Positions 44,030 through 53,983 of a DNA stretch of 64,000 bases are shown here, piece by piece. The position numbers and the translations under genes were made by a program. How positions within the stretch are numbered: the stretch's first letter is position 1; each line of letters begins with the position of its first letter. The notes below the pieces were generated by a model that searched no databases, was not told where the DNA came from, and saw only the letters and a list, made by a program, of their open reading frames with translations. Source of the DNA: an uncultured Phycisphaerales bacterium (GTDB lineage Bacteria; Planctomycetota; Phycisphaerae; Tepidisphaerales; Tepidisphaeraceae); assembly GCA_963844715.1 (NCBI GenBank), contig CAWJPJ010000006.1, positions 384,001 to 448,000 on the forward strand, in the 5' to 3' direction.

Positions 44030-44419
44030 TTATCTCCCGTTGGCGATTCGCAGAATACGCTCCAAAGCAATCAGGACAAATGGCGTCGCACAGATTGCCA
44101 TGCCGATCACCGCGCATAAGCATGCAAACCTCCCATATCGGCCGCTTCTGGCCATCGAAACGGCCCCCGTCCCGAGCCCGCCAAGCAAGACAATGAAGAG
44201 CGCGGACAAGAACATGGCATTCGTTCGGGCATCGGCCTGGATAGCCGCCGTCAGGCCTGCGTCCGGCGTGAAGCGTTCGTCATATTCATTTCCCACAACG
44301 ACAAAAAACGTAGCCGCCCCCCACACCACGCCAACGGCGGCCAGTCCAAGCGATAAAAATGGGAGGATCACCCATCTAAATCGCTTTCGAGTCCCATAGT
44401 CTAAAATTCGCGCCGCCAT
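44030..44419 (-). CDS. Hypothetical membrane protein (three TMs)
   Basis: Hydrophobic segments; LDYG N-terminal motif. Confidence 0.6.
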   Translation of the reverse strand: MAARILDYGTRKRFRWVILPFLSLGLAAVGVVWGAATFFVVVGNEYDERFTPDAGLTAAIQADARTNAMFLSALFIVLLGGLGTGAVSMARSGRYGRFACLCAVIGMAICATPFVLIALERILRIANGR

Positions 44420-44437
44420 TGCCCTAACTCAACCTAT

Positions 44438-44710
44438 TCAGTAGAGACCATGAATGACCCAAAGCGTCACGACGGCGATCACGATGATGAAAACCGTCAA
44501 AATGAACCAGATCGGCTTGCGACGGGGAAGCGAATCCTCGCGCGAGATAAAGCTGCGACAGTGGGTACAAACCTCGGCCTGTTCGAAAACCGGTTTTCCG
44601 CAATGCGGGCAAGGCTCGGTTTCGATTGACTCATCATCGCCAACATCTTCCGGACCGGGGAATTCCCGGTCGTCGAGGTCAGCCTCATCGTCGTCGTTCG
44701 AATAACCCAT
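44438..44710 (-). CDS. Small zinc-ribbon membrane protein
   Basis: Acidic N-terminus, CPHCG...CTHC, C-terminal TM. Confidence 0.75.
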   Translation of the reverse strand: MGYSNDDDEADLDDREFPGPEDVGDDESIETEPCPHCGKPVFEQAEVCTHCRSFISREDSLPRRKPIWFILTVFIIVIAVVTLWVIHGLY

Positions 44711-44866
44711 ATTTATTTATGGCCCCCGCTCGGCAAGCGAAAGACCCGCAACGATTATAAGTTTGGTTTCCGCCGGACAGGCACCTATCTCCGGTTATCT
44801 AATCCGTTGATGAGGACGGAAATCATTCTGGAAATCTCATCCGGATTGCTTTTGGAGAAGTCCCGG

Positions 44867-45235
44867 TCAAGTTGCTAAATAAACCCGTCGCTTTGCAAGG
44901 GATTTCAGTGCGGTGCGATCGCCTTTGATTAGCGCGAGTTTCTTGGCGTGGGTCCATCGCTTTATTTGCGGTTCACGTGCGATCGCCGTGGATTCTGATT
45001 GATGTCGTTCCTGATACACAAGGGTGATTGGTCTGCGGCAGGCGGTCCACATCGCAGCGCGTCCGTCGTTATGCAGGTTCACCCGTTCTTCGACGCTTGA
45101 GGTATGGCCGACGTAAAGGCTTCCATCTGCACAGCGGAGAATGTACACAAAAAAGGAATCCGCTGACGCGAATGCGGTGGAGAAGTCGCCCTTCGATGCA
45201 CTACGCTTACTCAGGGCATTCGACTCGCCGCTCAT
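44867..45235 (-). CDS. GIY-YIG nuclease family protein (YhbQ/UPF0213-like); start uncertain
   Basis: FVYILRCADGSLYVGHT, RVNLHNDG, AIAREPQIKRWTHAKKLALI. Confidence 0.88.
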   Translation of the reverse strand: MSGESNALSKRSASKGDFSTAFASADSFFVYILRCADGSLYVGHTSSVEERVNLHNDGRAAMWTACRRPITLVYQERHQSESTAIAREPQIKRWTHAKKLALIKGDRTALKSLAKRRVYLAT

Positions 45236-45319
45236 TAGTTGTCTCACGTAACTCGTGCCCGAGTATCACCCTTTTTTCTTCCTTCACTGGCCTGCCATGA
45301 GCGAGCGCAGCGAGTCGAA
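45189..45319. repeat. TTCGACTCGC..GCTCA-type inverted repeats between the tRNA and the GIY-YIG gene
   Basis: CCCTTCGATGCACTACGCTTACTCAGGGC (from 45189), TTCGACTCGCCGCTCAT (~45219-45235) and the inverted ATGAGCGAGCGCAGCGAGTCGAA (45297-45319). Confidence 0.7.
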
Positions 45320-45390
45320 TGGAGCCATGGGGATTTGAACCCCAAATTCCACCATGCCATGGTGGCGTGATCCCATTTCACTATGGCCCC
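45320..45390 (-). tRNA. tRNA-Ala (GGC); CCA not encoded
   Basis: GGGGCCA/TGGCTCC acceptor stem with G3:U70, anticodon arm CCACC-ATGGCAT-GGTGG, T arm with GGTTCAAATCC. Confidence 0.95.
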
Positions 45391-45530
45391 GGTGCGTGTT
45401 TTGGACGCCGGTTGCACAAAAACTCTATCGCTGGGGGACCCCCTGTCAAGCCAAGGGGCGGCGGGTACAATTTCAGGGCGGTTTGTTGATGCCGGCTGTT
45501 GGCTGATCCGAAGAGTGGTTCGACACGACT

Positions 45531-46136
45531 ATGACGAACACGGGATCGGGAAATCCGCCGGGGCTCGTGCTGGCCAGTGCTTCCCCGCGCCGGCAGAGTT
45601 TGCTCAAGGACGCGGGTTATCAGTTCACAATCGTCCCGGCGGACATCGACGAGCGGGCGGTCGCCGGCGGTCTCCCCCCGATTGAAATGGCGGAGAAGCT
45701 CGCGCTGGCCAAGGCGGAATTCGTGGGGACGCGATTTCCCGATCACGTCGTTCTGGGCGCCGATACGATCGTAGCGCTGGGAGACATCGCGATCGGCAAG
45801 CCCACCGATCCGGGCGACGCGCGGGCCATGCTGCATATGCTGTCGGGTACGACGCAGATGGTGATCACGGCCGTGTGCGTGCATCGGCTCAGCGCGGGGG
45901 TGGCGCGGGTCGATCACGTGATCTCGGCCGTTCGCATGGCGCCATTGACGAACTCCGAGATCAACGATTACATCGCCACCGGGCAATGGGAAGGGAAAGC
46001 TGGGGGATACGGCATTCAGGACCCCGATCCCTTCGTCGAACGAATCCGCGGATGTAAAACAAACATCGTTGGCTTGCCGATGAAGACGACGGTCCGGCTG
46101 CTTGAATCGACGGGCATCTATCCTGTTAAATCTTAA
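45531..46136 (+). CDS. maf: Maf family nucleoside triphosphate pyrophosphatase
   Basis: LVLASASPRR, GADTIV, GKP, GKAGGYGIQ, NIVGLP. Confidence 0.93.
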   Translation: MTNTGSGNPPGLVLASASPRRQSLLKDAGYQFTIVPADIDERAVAGGLPPIEMAEKLALAKAEFVGTRFPDHVVLGADTIVALGDIAIGKPTDPGDARAMLHMLSGTTQMVITAVCVHRLSAGVARVDHVISAVRMAPLTNSEINDYIATGQWEGKAGGYGIQDPDPFVERIRGCKTNIVGLPMKTTVRLLESTGIYPVKS

Positions 46137-46138
46137 AG

Positions 46139-46294
46139 GGCAACCGCAGAGACACAGAGGCGCAGAGTTGAAAACCCGCCGTGGCGGGGAAGACGCAGAG
46201 AAAATCGTGAGTCAAGATACAAAGCATTTTTTCTCCGCGTCTTCCCCGCCACGGCCGGTTTTCAACTCCTCGTCTCTGCGTCTCTGCGGTTGCC
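46139..46294. repeat. Long palindromic REP/MITE-like element (~65-bp arms) overlapping the start of the DUF192 gene
   Basis: GGCAACCGCAGAGACACAGAG...GTTGAAAACCCGCCGTGGCGGGGAAGACGCAGAGAAAA / TTTTCTCCGCGTCTTCCCCGCCACGGCCGGTTTTCAAC...TCTCTGCGTCTCTGCGGTTGCC. Confidence 0.88.
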
Positions 46295-46722
46295 TTTTGC
46301 TTTTGCTTTTAACCCCGCCCGGTTGCAATCATTCACAAACCCTCCCCACGGTGCCGATGTACATTGGGAATCAGACGTTTTCGCTGGAACTTGCGACGAC
46401 CGAGGCGCAGCAGGAACTGGGACTCATGCATCGGGACCATCTCGACTCCGATAAAGGGATGCTTTTCATCTTCCCGGACAGTCAGGTCCGGACCTTCTGG
46501 AACCACGATGTTTCCTTTGCGCTGGACCTGATATTTCTGGACCCTTCCGGCAAGGTCGTCAGCATCAAGCGGCTGGAAACGTACAGCGACAAGGATATTT
46601 CCAGCGACCAGCCGGCTAAGTTTGCAATTGAGCTAAACGCAGGCACGGCGGCGGCATTGGGGGTCAAGCCGGGGGATGTTCTGACGGTTCCGCCGCCGAT
46701 TGAGGTGGTGGAGAACCGATAA
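46207..46722 (+). CDS. DUF192 family protein, probable lipoprotein; start uncertain
   Basis: ELATTEAQQELGLMHR, GMLFIF, LDLIFLD, AIELNAG, GVKPGD; LLLLLLTPPGC. Confidence 0.85.
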   Translation: MSQDTKHFFSASSPPRPVFNSSSLRLCGCLLLLLLTPPGCNHSQTLPTVPMYIGNQTFSLELATTEAQQELGLMHRDHLDSDKGMLFIFPDSQVRTFWNHDVSFALDLIFLDPSGKVVSIKRLETYSDKDISSDQPAKFAIELNAGTAAALGVKPGDVLTVPPPIEVVENR

Positions 46723-46808
46723 TTTCGCCGGGCTTAAGGTCCTATTCCGCATTGCCGACAAGCGGAGATAGCCGGCGACCCATATCACCATGGCCCGCCC
46801 CATCCAAC

Positions 46809-47682
46809 TTGGCCAGTGCATTACACATCCCCGTGATCGACGAAGCCGAGGATCGGCAGCGCCTTCTTGCCGAAATCGAATCCCTCCGCGCCGAGGTGAA
46901 TCTTCTGCGGCGGCGCGACGAGACCCTGAACTTTTACATGTTCCGGTTGGATGAAGAACTGCGCCTGGCGGCGAAGTTGCAGCAGGATTTTCTGCCCAAG
47001 ACTTTGCCGCAGGTTGGACCGGTGCGGTTTCACTCGCTCTTCCGGCCTGCCGGGTATGTCAGCGGCGATCTGTATGACGTGATGCGGCTGGACGAAACGC
47101 ACGTTGGATTTTACATGGCCGACGCCGTGGGCCATGGAATGCCGGCGGCACTCATCACGATGTTCATCAAGAACGGGCTTTCGACAAAGCAAATCACCGC
47201 CGAGGGGTATCGCCTGCTCGGTCCGGGGGAATCGCTGGGAAAACTGAATCGGTCGATGATTGAGCAGAATCTTTCCGGGGCAACGTTCGCAACGGCATTC
47301 TATGGCACGGTCGATTCAAATACCCTGATGTGCAAGTACGCGCGGGCGGGGCATCCGTTGCCGATTCTTTTGCGGCGCGATGGAACCGCGGTCACGGTCG
47401 AATCCGATGGCGGGCTGCTGGGCATCTTCCCGGATGAGGTATACGTTGAGGGGCAGATCCTGCTCCGTAGCGGGGATCGAATGTTTGTCTATAGCGACGG
47501 CATCGAGGTATCTTTCGTGGACGACGGCGCCGATCATCAGGAATGGCTGCGGCAGCTTCAGAAGCGCGGCACACCAGCCGACCGAGCAGATTCTGATGGA
47601 AATCTCCGAGGCCCTGGACAAGGAGACCGGAAGCCTCCAGCCCAAAGACGACGTCTCGATGGTCGTGCTGGAAATCGACTGA
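46809..47682 (+). CDS. PP2C/SpoIIE-type serine phosphatase; frameshift near 47570; start approximate
   Basis: ELRLAAKLQQDFLP, VSGDLYD, ADAVGHG, RAGHP, YSDGI, then DDVSMVVLE in ORF 47380-47682. Confidence 0.85.
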
Positions 47683-47699
47683 CATTACAATCCCCGGCT

Positions 47700-48065
47700 A
47701 TGCAATTTCTCCTGCACGGCCCTCTCACCCCTGCCGCCGGACAAGCTCTCCAACGCCACGAACACACCATCCATCAGCCAAACGAGGCGGATTTGACGGC
47801 GGAGTCGCCGCCGGCGGACGTTCTTCGCGCCGCCGGCGCCAAACAATGGGATATTTTGACGGCCGATGCCGCACTGGCCCGCGCGCCGTTTGAGGAAAGA
47901 GTTCCATTCGGGCGGTCGATCATCTTTCTGCAATTAAAAGGCGGGGATATCGAGCAGGACGAAGCGATCGACCGCCTGTTTACGCGCTATAAGCGCCTGA
48001 CCCCGGGAAGAATTTACACGGTGACCGAAGGGCGCGTGAAGGTGAGGCAGTTGCCGGGGAAATGA
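47700..48065 (+). CDS. Hypothetical protein, possibly PIN-like (DUF5615-like)
   Basis: MQFLLHGPLTPAAGQALQRHEH..., ILTAD, C-terminal RVKVRQLP. Confidence 0.55.
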   Translation: MQFLLHGPLTPAAGQALQRHEHTIHQPNEADLTAESPPADVLRAAGAKQWDILTADAALARAPFEERVPFGRSIIFLQLKGGDIEQDEAIDRLFTRYKRLTPGRIYTVTEGRVKVRQLPGK

Positions 48066-48082
48066 GAGGAAACTTAATCAGC

Positions 48083-48640
48083 TTATTTCAGGACACCCGC
48101 AATCAGCGTGACGTTGTTCGGCGAGTTGGCGCCTTCAAAATTGTAAAAGTACTCGCGGATTTCCCCCGTTGCAGCGGAGTCGGGACCAGCCCCATTAAGA
48201 CTCGACATCAATTCCTGGCGCGCCTGCCCGATCTTGGCCAAGGGTCCGCCGTATAAAACGGTTTGGCATTCAACGGGCGGAAGCTCATCCACCTCATATC
48301 CGTTTGGGGCGACCGCGTCTTTGCCCACGGCGATCCCTATCTTCAATTCAAAAACCGCGTTCGGGTCGGCGGGCGGATTCTGAAACATAAACACCATCGG
48401 TCCCCGCGGCTGGATATTGGCGATCTTCAAAGCCACAAACAAATTCGGGATCTCCGTCCTGGCTGTATCGCCAATCGTTTGCCGCGTCACCTGCGTATCA
48501 ACAAAAAGAAAATTGAATCCCGGCAGTCTCAACCGCCGGGGCGAGCCGATGGATACGTCCTCCGACGGGCGAGTCTGAGCTAACAGGACCGACGGAAACA
48601 ACATCGACGCCAGAGCAATTTGCAGGAGGATATATTTCAT
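48083..48640 (-). CDS. Secreted GyrI-like small-molecule-binding protein
   Basis: Signal peptide; GPMVF, FELKIGIAV, VLYGGP, EIREYFYNFEG. Confidence 0.7.
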   Translation of the reverse strand: MKYILLQIALASMLFPSVLLAQTRPSEDVSIGSPRRLRLPGFNFLFVDTQVTRQTIGDTARTEIPNLFVALKIANIQPRGPMVFMFQNPPADPNAVFELKIGIAVGKDAVAPNGYEVDELPPVECQTVLYGGPLAKIGQARQELMSSLNGAGPDSAATGEIREYFYNFEGANSPNNVTLIAGVLK

Positions 48641-48666
48641 GTTCGGCTCCGTAGGTAAGTGCCACT

Positions 48667-50106
48667 TCAATGATTGGACAGATCGCGCTTCCTGAATCCG
48701 ATCAGCGCGATGAGGAGTGTTTCCGTGCAGGTGAAAAACGTGACCATCACCCAAAGCGATCCCGACACGCCGGGGCGGACGGTCTTGTGCTCCAGAATCT
48801 GGGTCCACCCGGCGAGACGCCAATGCATCAGGATCAGCGTGCTGATGCCGAGGAGGGGGACGAACCAAAGCGTGAAACGCCGGCGGACCGTGAAGCTTCG
48901 ATGCCGCCAGAAATACGCGCAGGTGATCATCAACGCAACTGTGACGGCAGAGAGAATCGCGATGGATCTTTGATCGCCGGCTTTCCAGGCGAGATTGAAC
49001 ATCCACCCCATGGTGCCGCCGACGATGGCGACGATCGTCCAGAGCGGCTTGGGCTTCTTCTCGCAAGGGGCCGACAGCTCACCTTCCGCAGGCGCCGGCT
49101 CACTCCCTCGAATCGCATTCCAGTGCCATCGCCCCAATATGATGATGACGGTTCCGACGATCGTAACCGAGATCATCAACTCAATGATCCCGGCGAAATC
49201 ATGGTGGCGGAATGCTTTCGGCTGCACAAAATTCGTCGCAAACAGCGCGGCCATGCACATTCCGACCAGGATGGCAAACCCCATAATGAATCGCCGCTCG
49301 CGCGCCGAGCGGGCCGATCGCAACGCCTCGCGGGTCCCCTTGAACCCTCCCCAGACTGCAATCAATAGACTCGCGGGCATGAAAATCCAACCCATCGCGC
49401 CGGCGCCGAGCGAGGACGATCCCTTCGCGGCCACTCCAAGCGTCGCTGCTTTTGCCGCCGGCGGCGTCAGTGCCGGCAGCGCCGCCAAAACCGCAATGGC
49501 GAAAGCCGATGTCGGCGCGGAGCGGGCCAGATTCCGTTCCAATGTCTCCGCCATCTGATCGCGCAGCAGGTCGCGGCCGCGCGCCAGTCGCTGACGAACG
49601 GCATCCTCGGTCATTCCCGTCGCCGCGGCGACCGCCGCCGTCGATTGCCCCTGACGATAATAAAGCACCATCGTCTCGCGATATCGCTGCGGCAATTCAG
49701 AGAGAATCCGCCAGAGCATCTCGCGCTCTTCCTTCTGGAGCGCCTCCTGTGGCGGGGAAGCCGACTCGCTGGCGATCGATGTCGGAAACAAATTATTCAG
49801 GCGATTCTTTTCGCGGTGATTGGCCCGCTGAAAATCGACCGCTTTTCGCCGCGCGATCTGGCACAGCCAGGGCGCCAGCTTTTCCCCGTCACTTATCCCC
49901 GACAGGCTTTTCCACGCCGAAAGAAATGTGTCCTGAGCGAGATCCTCGCTGCGGTGGAGATCGCCGCAAACGGAATAAATCACCCCGGCGACCATCCCCT
50001 GATACCGCCGCACGATCCGCCCGAACGCTTCGCGATTCCCCCGGCGGCTTTCCGCCACCAAATCCGTATCCGGCGATTGTCCGTTCTCAAGCAGCGCAGC
50101 GGTCAT
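48667..50106 (-). CDS. ECF sigma-70 factor with a multi-TM C-terminal extension
   Basis: AFGRIVRRYQ, EDLAQDTF, WLCQIARR, YRETMVLYYRQGQS, AVRQRLARGR, then about 7 hydrophobic segments. Confidence 0.9.
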   Translation of the reverse strand: MTAALLENGQSPDTDLVAESRRGNREAFGRIVRRYQGMVAGVIYSVCGDLHRSEDLAQDTFLSAWKSLSGISDGEKLAPWLCQIARRKAVDFQRANHREKNRLNNLFPTSIASESASPPQEALQKEEREMLWRILSELPQRYRETMVLYYRQGQSTAAVAAATGMTEDAVRQRLARGRDLLRDQMAETLERNLARSAPTSAFAIAVLAALPALTPPAAKAATLGVAAKGSSSLGAGAMGWIFMPASLLIAVWGGFKGTREALRSARSARERRFIMGFAILVGMCMAALFATNFVQPKAFRHHDFAGIIELMISVTIVGTVIIILGRWHWNAIRGSEPAPAEGELSAPCEKKPKPLWTIVAIVGGTMGWMFNLAWKAGDQRSIAILSAVTVALMITCAYFWRHRSFTVRRRFTLWFVPLLGISTLILMHWRLAGWTQILEHKTVRPGVSGSLWVMVTFFTCTETLLIALIGFRKRDLSNH

Positions 50107-50236
50107 GGCGATCCTCGTTCTAAAGTCTCCGCCATGTAGACGCCGCAAGAAGGCCCGGAGTGACAAAATCCGAGTGGAATTCAGGGATTATCGTCAAACC
50201 CACCCCATTAAACATCAGAGCCGGTTTGTTGTTGCG

Positions 50237-51128
50237 CTAAACCGCGCGATTTTCGGCTGGGCGTGCGGGGCTGGCGTCTTTTCCCGCTTCCGATTTCGGC
50301 TCCAGCATGTCGTTGTCGCGGAGCATGTTGTCGCGGATGCGGGCGATGAAGAAATCCACAACGGCGGGAATGGCTGTGGCGATGGTGAGGGACGCGCGAC
50401 TGAATGGCTTGGGCCAGAGTTCGCGCACGGGGCGCTCGATGACTCGGGCCATGCGGCGGGCGAGGCCTCGGCGCTTCCTTTTTTCCCGCAAGCCAGGGCG
50501 TGCGGATTCATCCCCCCTACTTCGTGGGCCGTATTGAAGAAATCCGTTTCGACTCTCTCGGGATGAACGCTGGTAACGGCAATTCCCGCGGGCTTGAGTT
50601 CCACGCGCAAGCCCTCGGCAATGCTGAGCTGCGCCGATTTTGTCGCCGCATATAAACTGAAATAAGGCAATCCCCGCCGTGCGCACATGCGCTGGAAACG
50701 ATCATGAGTTGTCCGCGAATGCCGTCGCGCTCTTTCTGGCGCTTCATAACAGGGATGGCGCATCGGCAGCATTCGATCGTGCCGAACAAATTGGTCTGGA
50801 AGATTTGCTGGATATCCTGCTGGCTGAGTTTGTCGAAGGCCCGCGCGAAGGCGTAGCCGGCGTTGCAGACGAGCGTATCGAGCCGCCCGTACTTTTCGAT
50901 CGCGGTGTCGATAATGCGGCGGCAATCCTCGGGCTTGGAGACGTCGGCCTGGAGACAAATGTGCTTGCCGCCGAGTTGGCGATTCAGTTCTTCCAGGCGA
51001 TCGGCCCGGCGCGCCGCGAGCACAAGACTTGATCCCCGCCCGGCGAGTTCCACGGCCAAAGCCCTGCCGATGCCGGCGCTGGCTCCGGTGATAACGGTCA
51101 CCATCCCCTGAAGTTGCCTTCTCGCCAT
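50237..51128 (-). CDS. Short-chain dehydrogenase/reductase; frameshift near 50680
   Basis: ITGASAGIG, ARRADRL, CNAG, YAATKSA. Confidence 0.88.
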
Positions 51129-51201
51129 AATTTGCTTGCCGCCCGTCGCTCCCTAGCCGCGACTCTATCCAACTTTCCGCACGTAATCTACACTAAAAGG
51201 C

Positions 51202-51799
51202 ATGTTTACGGGAATTGTCGAGTGCACCGCCGGGGTTTTGGGAGCCACGGATGTCCCCGGCGGCCGCCGTCTTCGATTGGCGACGGATTGGAAGGATGTG
51301 ACACTCGGGCAGAGCATCGCAGTGAACGGGTGCTGCCTAACCATCGCCGACATCAAAAAAGACGAAATTTCGTTTGATGTGATTCCCGAGACCTTACAAA
51401 AAACCAATCTTGGGCTGCTCCAAGCCGGGCAAGACGTCAATCTGGAGAGATCGTTACGGATTGGTGACCGCTTGGACGGCCATTGGGTGCAGGGACACAT
51501 TGATGGCCGAGCGATCCTATTGGAAAGCAAGACATCGGCCGAGGAAGTTCGTTTGCGCGCTGAAACCGCCCGCCGAATTGGCGAAATATCTGATCCCCAA
51601 GGGGTCGGTCGCGATTGACGGCGTGAGCCTGACGATCGCGGCCATTCCCGAACCCTCGGTTTTTGAGGTGGCCCTCATTCCTACCACTCTCCGCCTGACA
51701 ACTCTGGGGCAAAAGCAACCCGGATGGCCCTTTAACCTGGAGGCCGATCTGCTCAGCAAAACCATCGTTACATGGTTGGAACGGCAGAACGCCCGGTGA
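51202..51799 (+). CDS. ribE: Riboflavin synthase (alpha chain); frameshift near 51570
   Basis: MFTGIVE, SIAVNGCCLT, VNLERS, GHWVQGHIDG, KGSVAIDGVSLT. Confidence 0.93.
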
Positions 51800-51960
51800 A
51801 ACTTTAATGAGTTCTGTTGGGCACTCATACGGCAATTTCCGTGCCGCGACGAATAAGAAATAGTCGATATTCAACGGACGTAACGTGGCAAAAACGCGGT
51901 CGGAAATCCGGCCGGCGGATTTGGCTAACGGCCTATCTGGCGTAGAATTGCGTACGTCGA

Positions 51961-53001
51961 ATGAGTGATTATCGACCCAACATCGCGATCACCATGGGAG
52001 ACCCCGCCGGGATTGGCGCCGAGGTGATCGTCAAGGCTCTGGCCGACCCCGTTCTGCGGCATCGCGCTCACTTCATCGTCTATGGATTGAACGAACTGCT
52101 GAGCTATGCCGCGGACTTGGCCGAGTTCGACGTCTTCTGGTGGCGCGACCAATACAACGCCCGGCTGCGCAACTATCCACACGATGTCGTTGTCGTGGAC
52201 TATGACCAATACTCCATGCTTGGCAGCGCCATCCGCGCTCCAAGCAAAATGGGGGGCGAGGCCTCCATGCGGTTTTGCATGGACGCGATCGATGCCGCGA
52301 ATAAGAACCTGGTCGATGCGGTCGTCACCGCGCCGATCGCCAAGGAGAGCTGGAAGCTGGCGGGGTACCATTACCCGGGGCATACCGAGCTGTTTGCGCA
52401 ACGGACCAATACGCGGCGGTTCGCGATGATGTTCACCGGCGGCCCGCTTCGGGTCGTGCTGGCGACGGTGCATCTGCCGCTGATGGGGTTATGGAACAAG
52501 CTCAACATCGGCGCGGTTTTTCAGCCGATCGAAATGGTTCATCAGGCTCTGGTGGAATGGTTTGATATTCCCAAGCCGCGGATCGCGGTGTGCGGGGTGA
52601 ATCCTCACGCAAGCGAAAACGGGCAATTTGGCGATGAGGAAGAGCGGATCATCTCGCCGGCCATTCTGATGGCCAAGGACCAGGGCATCGACGTCACCGG
52701 GCCCTATCCGTCGGATACGATTTTCCTCAAGGCCCGCGACGGGCACTACGACGCCGTGGTGGCGATGTATCACGATCAGGGACTCATTCCGGTGAAGCTC
52801 CTGGCGTTCGACAAGGCGGTGAACGTGACGCTGGGGCTGCCGATTGTGCGGACCAGCCCCGATCATGGGACGGCTTTCGATATCGTGGGCCGAAATCGGG
52901 CCAATCCAGGCTCGATGCGCGCCGCGATCGAGCTGGCGATTGACCTGGCCGTGCGCCGGCACACCCGGCGCGAAGCTGCGAAGCTGATTCCCAAGCCGTG
53001 A
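51961..53001 (+). CDS. pdxA: 4-hydroxythreonine-4-phosphate dehydrogenase
   Basis: ITMGDPAGIGAE, VTAPIAK, PGHTE, NPHASE, MYHDQG, RTSPDHGTAFDI. Confidence 0.95.
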   Translation: MSDYRPNIAITMGDPAGIGAEVIVKALADPVLRHRAHFIVYGLNELLSYAADLAEFDVFWWRDQYNARLRNYPHDVVVVDYDQYSMLGSAIRAPSKMGGEASMRFCMDAIDAANKNLVDAVVTAPIAKESWKLAGYHYPGHTELFAQRTNTRRFAMMFTGGPLRVVLATVHLPLMGLWNKLNIGAVFQPIEMVHQALVEWFDIPKPRIAVCGVNPHASENGQFGDEEERIISPAILMAKDQGIDVTGPYPSDTIFLKARDGHYDAVVAMYHDQGLIPVKLLAFDKAVNVTLGLPIVRTSPDHGTAFDIVGRNRANPGSMRAAIELAIDLAVRRHTRREAAKLIPKP

Positions 53002-53107
53002 CGTTCGTTGCAACCCTCAGCGCATTCTCCCTTTGGTTTGTGATCGGCACCCAACTTACTTATAACGATTGCACCGATCACTCGGCGTAAGGAAGCGGCG
53101 AGAGTTC

Positions 53108-53920
53108 ATGCATCCGAAAGTTCGCCTCAAATCCACGGAAATTCGCGATGTCTTGCGGCTTCTGGGAGAAGTCCGGGAACTGGGGAGCCAGCCCGACCGC
53201 TGGCGCCTGCACGCCATCCGCGGTTTGGCGAAACTCACGGGTGCCCGCGTGTGCATCGCCGGAGAACATTTTCTCAATAAGGAAAAGCCGGAAGAGACGT
53301 GGCTCGTCGGTCTGGGGGACGTCGGCTGGGAAGGGAATCAATCCCAAATTTTCTATCAATTCCTGGCCGACGGTGGCATGGCCCGCGACCCGTTACACGT
53401 TGCCATTCTTGGGCTGCCGAAACGCGCCTTTACGCGCCGCCGCCGGGACCTCGTCGCCGATGAAAACTGGTATTCCGCCGCGGCCACGACGACCGCCCGT
53501 CGCGGGGCGGACGTGGACGACACCATCTATTCGCGCTGGCCGCTGCCCCTGGCGGGCTGGGGGAATATGTTCATGCTCATGCGGTCTTGGAATGCCGCGC
53601 CGTTTTCGGCACGCGATCGGCTGATCGTTTCATTTTTTCATCGGGAACTGGGGCGGGTATGGCGATCTTCGGCCGGGCCGGCCGCCGATCTTCCGCCCCG
53701 GCTCCGTCAGACGCTGCAACTGGCCGCCGAGGGGCTGACGGAAAAGAAAATTGCGCAGAAATTAGGGGTCAGCGTGCACACGGCCCATGACTTTTTCCGA
53801 CGGCTGTATAGACATTTCGAAGTCAAAACGCGAGCGCAACTCCTCGCGCATCCCGATTGCCGCCCAGTACACTTTCGACCCGCGCTTTCGATCTTTCCGG
53901 ATGATCGCTACAAATCCTAG
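53108..53920 (+). CDS. LuxR-type HTH transcriptional regulator
   Basis: LPPRLRQTLQLAAEGLTEKKIAQKLGVSVHTAHD; GAF-like N-terminal region. Confidence 0.85.
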   Translation: MHPKVRLKSTEIRDVLRLLGEVRELGSQPDRWRLHAIRGLAKLTGARVCIAGEHFLNKEKPEETWLVGLGDVGWEGNQSQIFYQFLADGGMARDPLHVAILGLPKRAFTRRRRDLVADENWYSAAATTTARRGADVDDTIYSRWPLPLAGWGNMFMLMRSWNAAPFSARDRLIVSFFHRELGRVWRSSAGPAADLPPRLRQTLQLAAEGLTEKKIAQKLGVSVHTAHDFFRRLYRHFEVKTRAQLLAHPDCRPVHFRPALSIFPDDRYKS

Positions 53921-53983
53921 AATCCAGCGCATTTCCCCGTCGATGGACTCACGGATGGCCATTCACTGCCTGATTTGGAAGGC

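Noticed and set aside
44030..45390. tRNA-anchored integrase island
   Set aside because: No tyrosine integrase is present and I found no duplicated tRNA 3' end in the window.
22784..46294. Palindromic repeats as a CRISPR array
   Set aside because: They are isolated inverted repeats with no repeat-spacer periodicity, and no cas genes are present.
46752..48065. Apparent phosphatase-PIN-like fusion ORF
   Set aside because: The PP2C C-terminal DDxS motif is in another frame ending at 47682, and the downstream gene has its own ATG at 47700.
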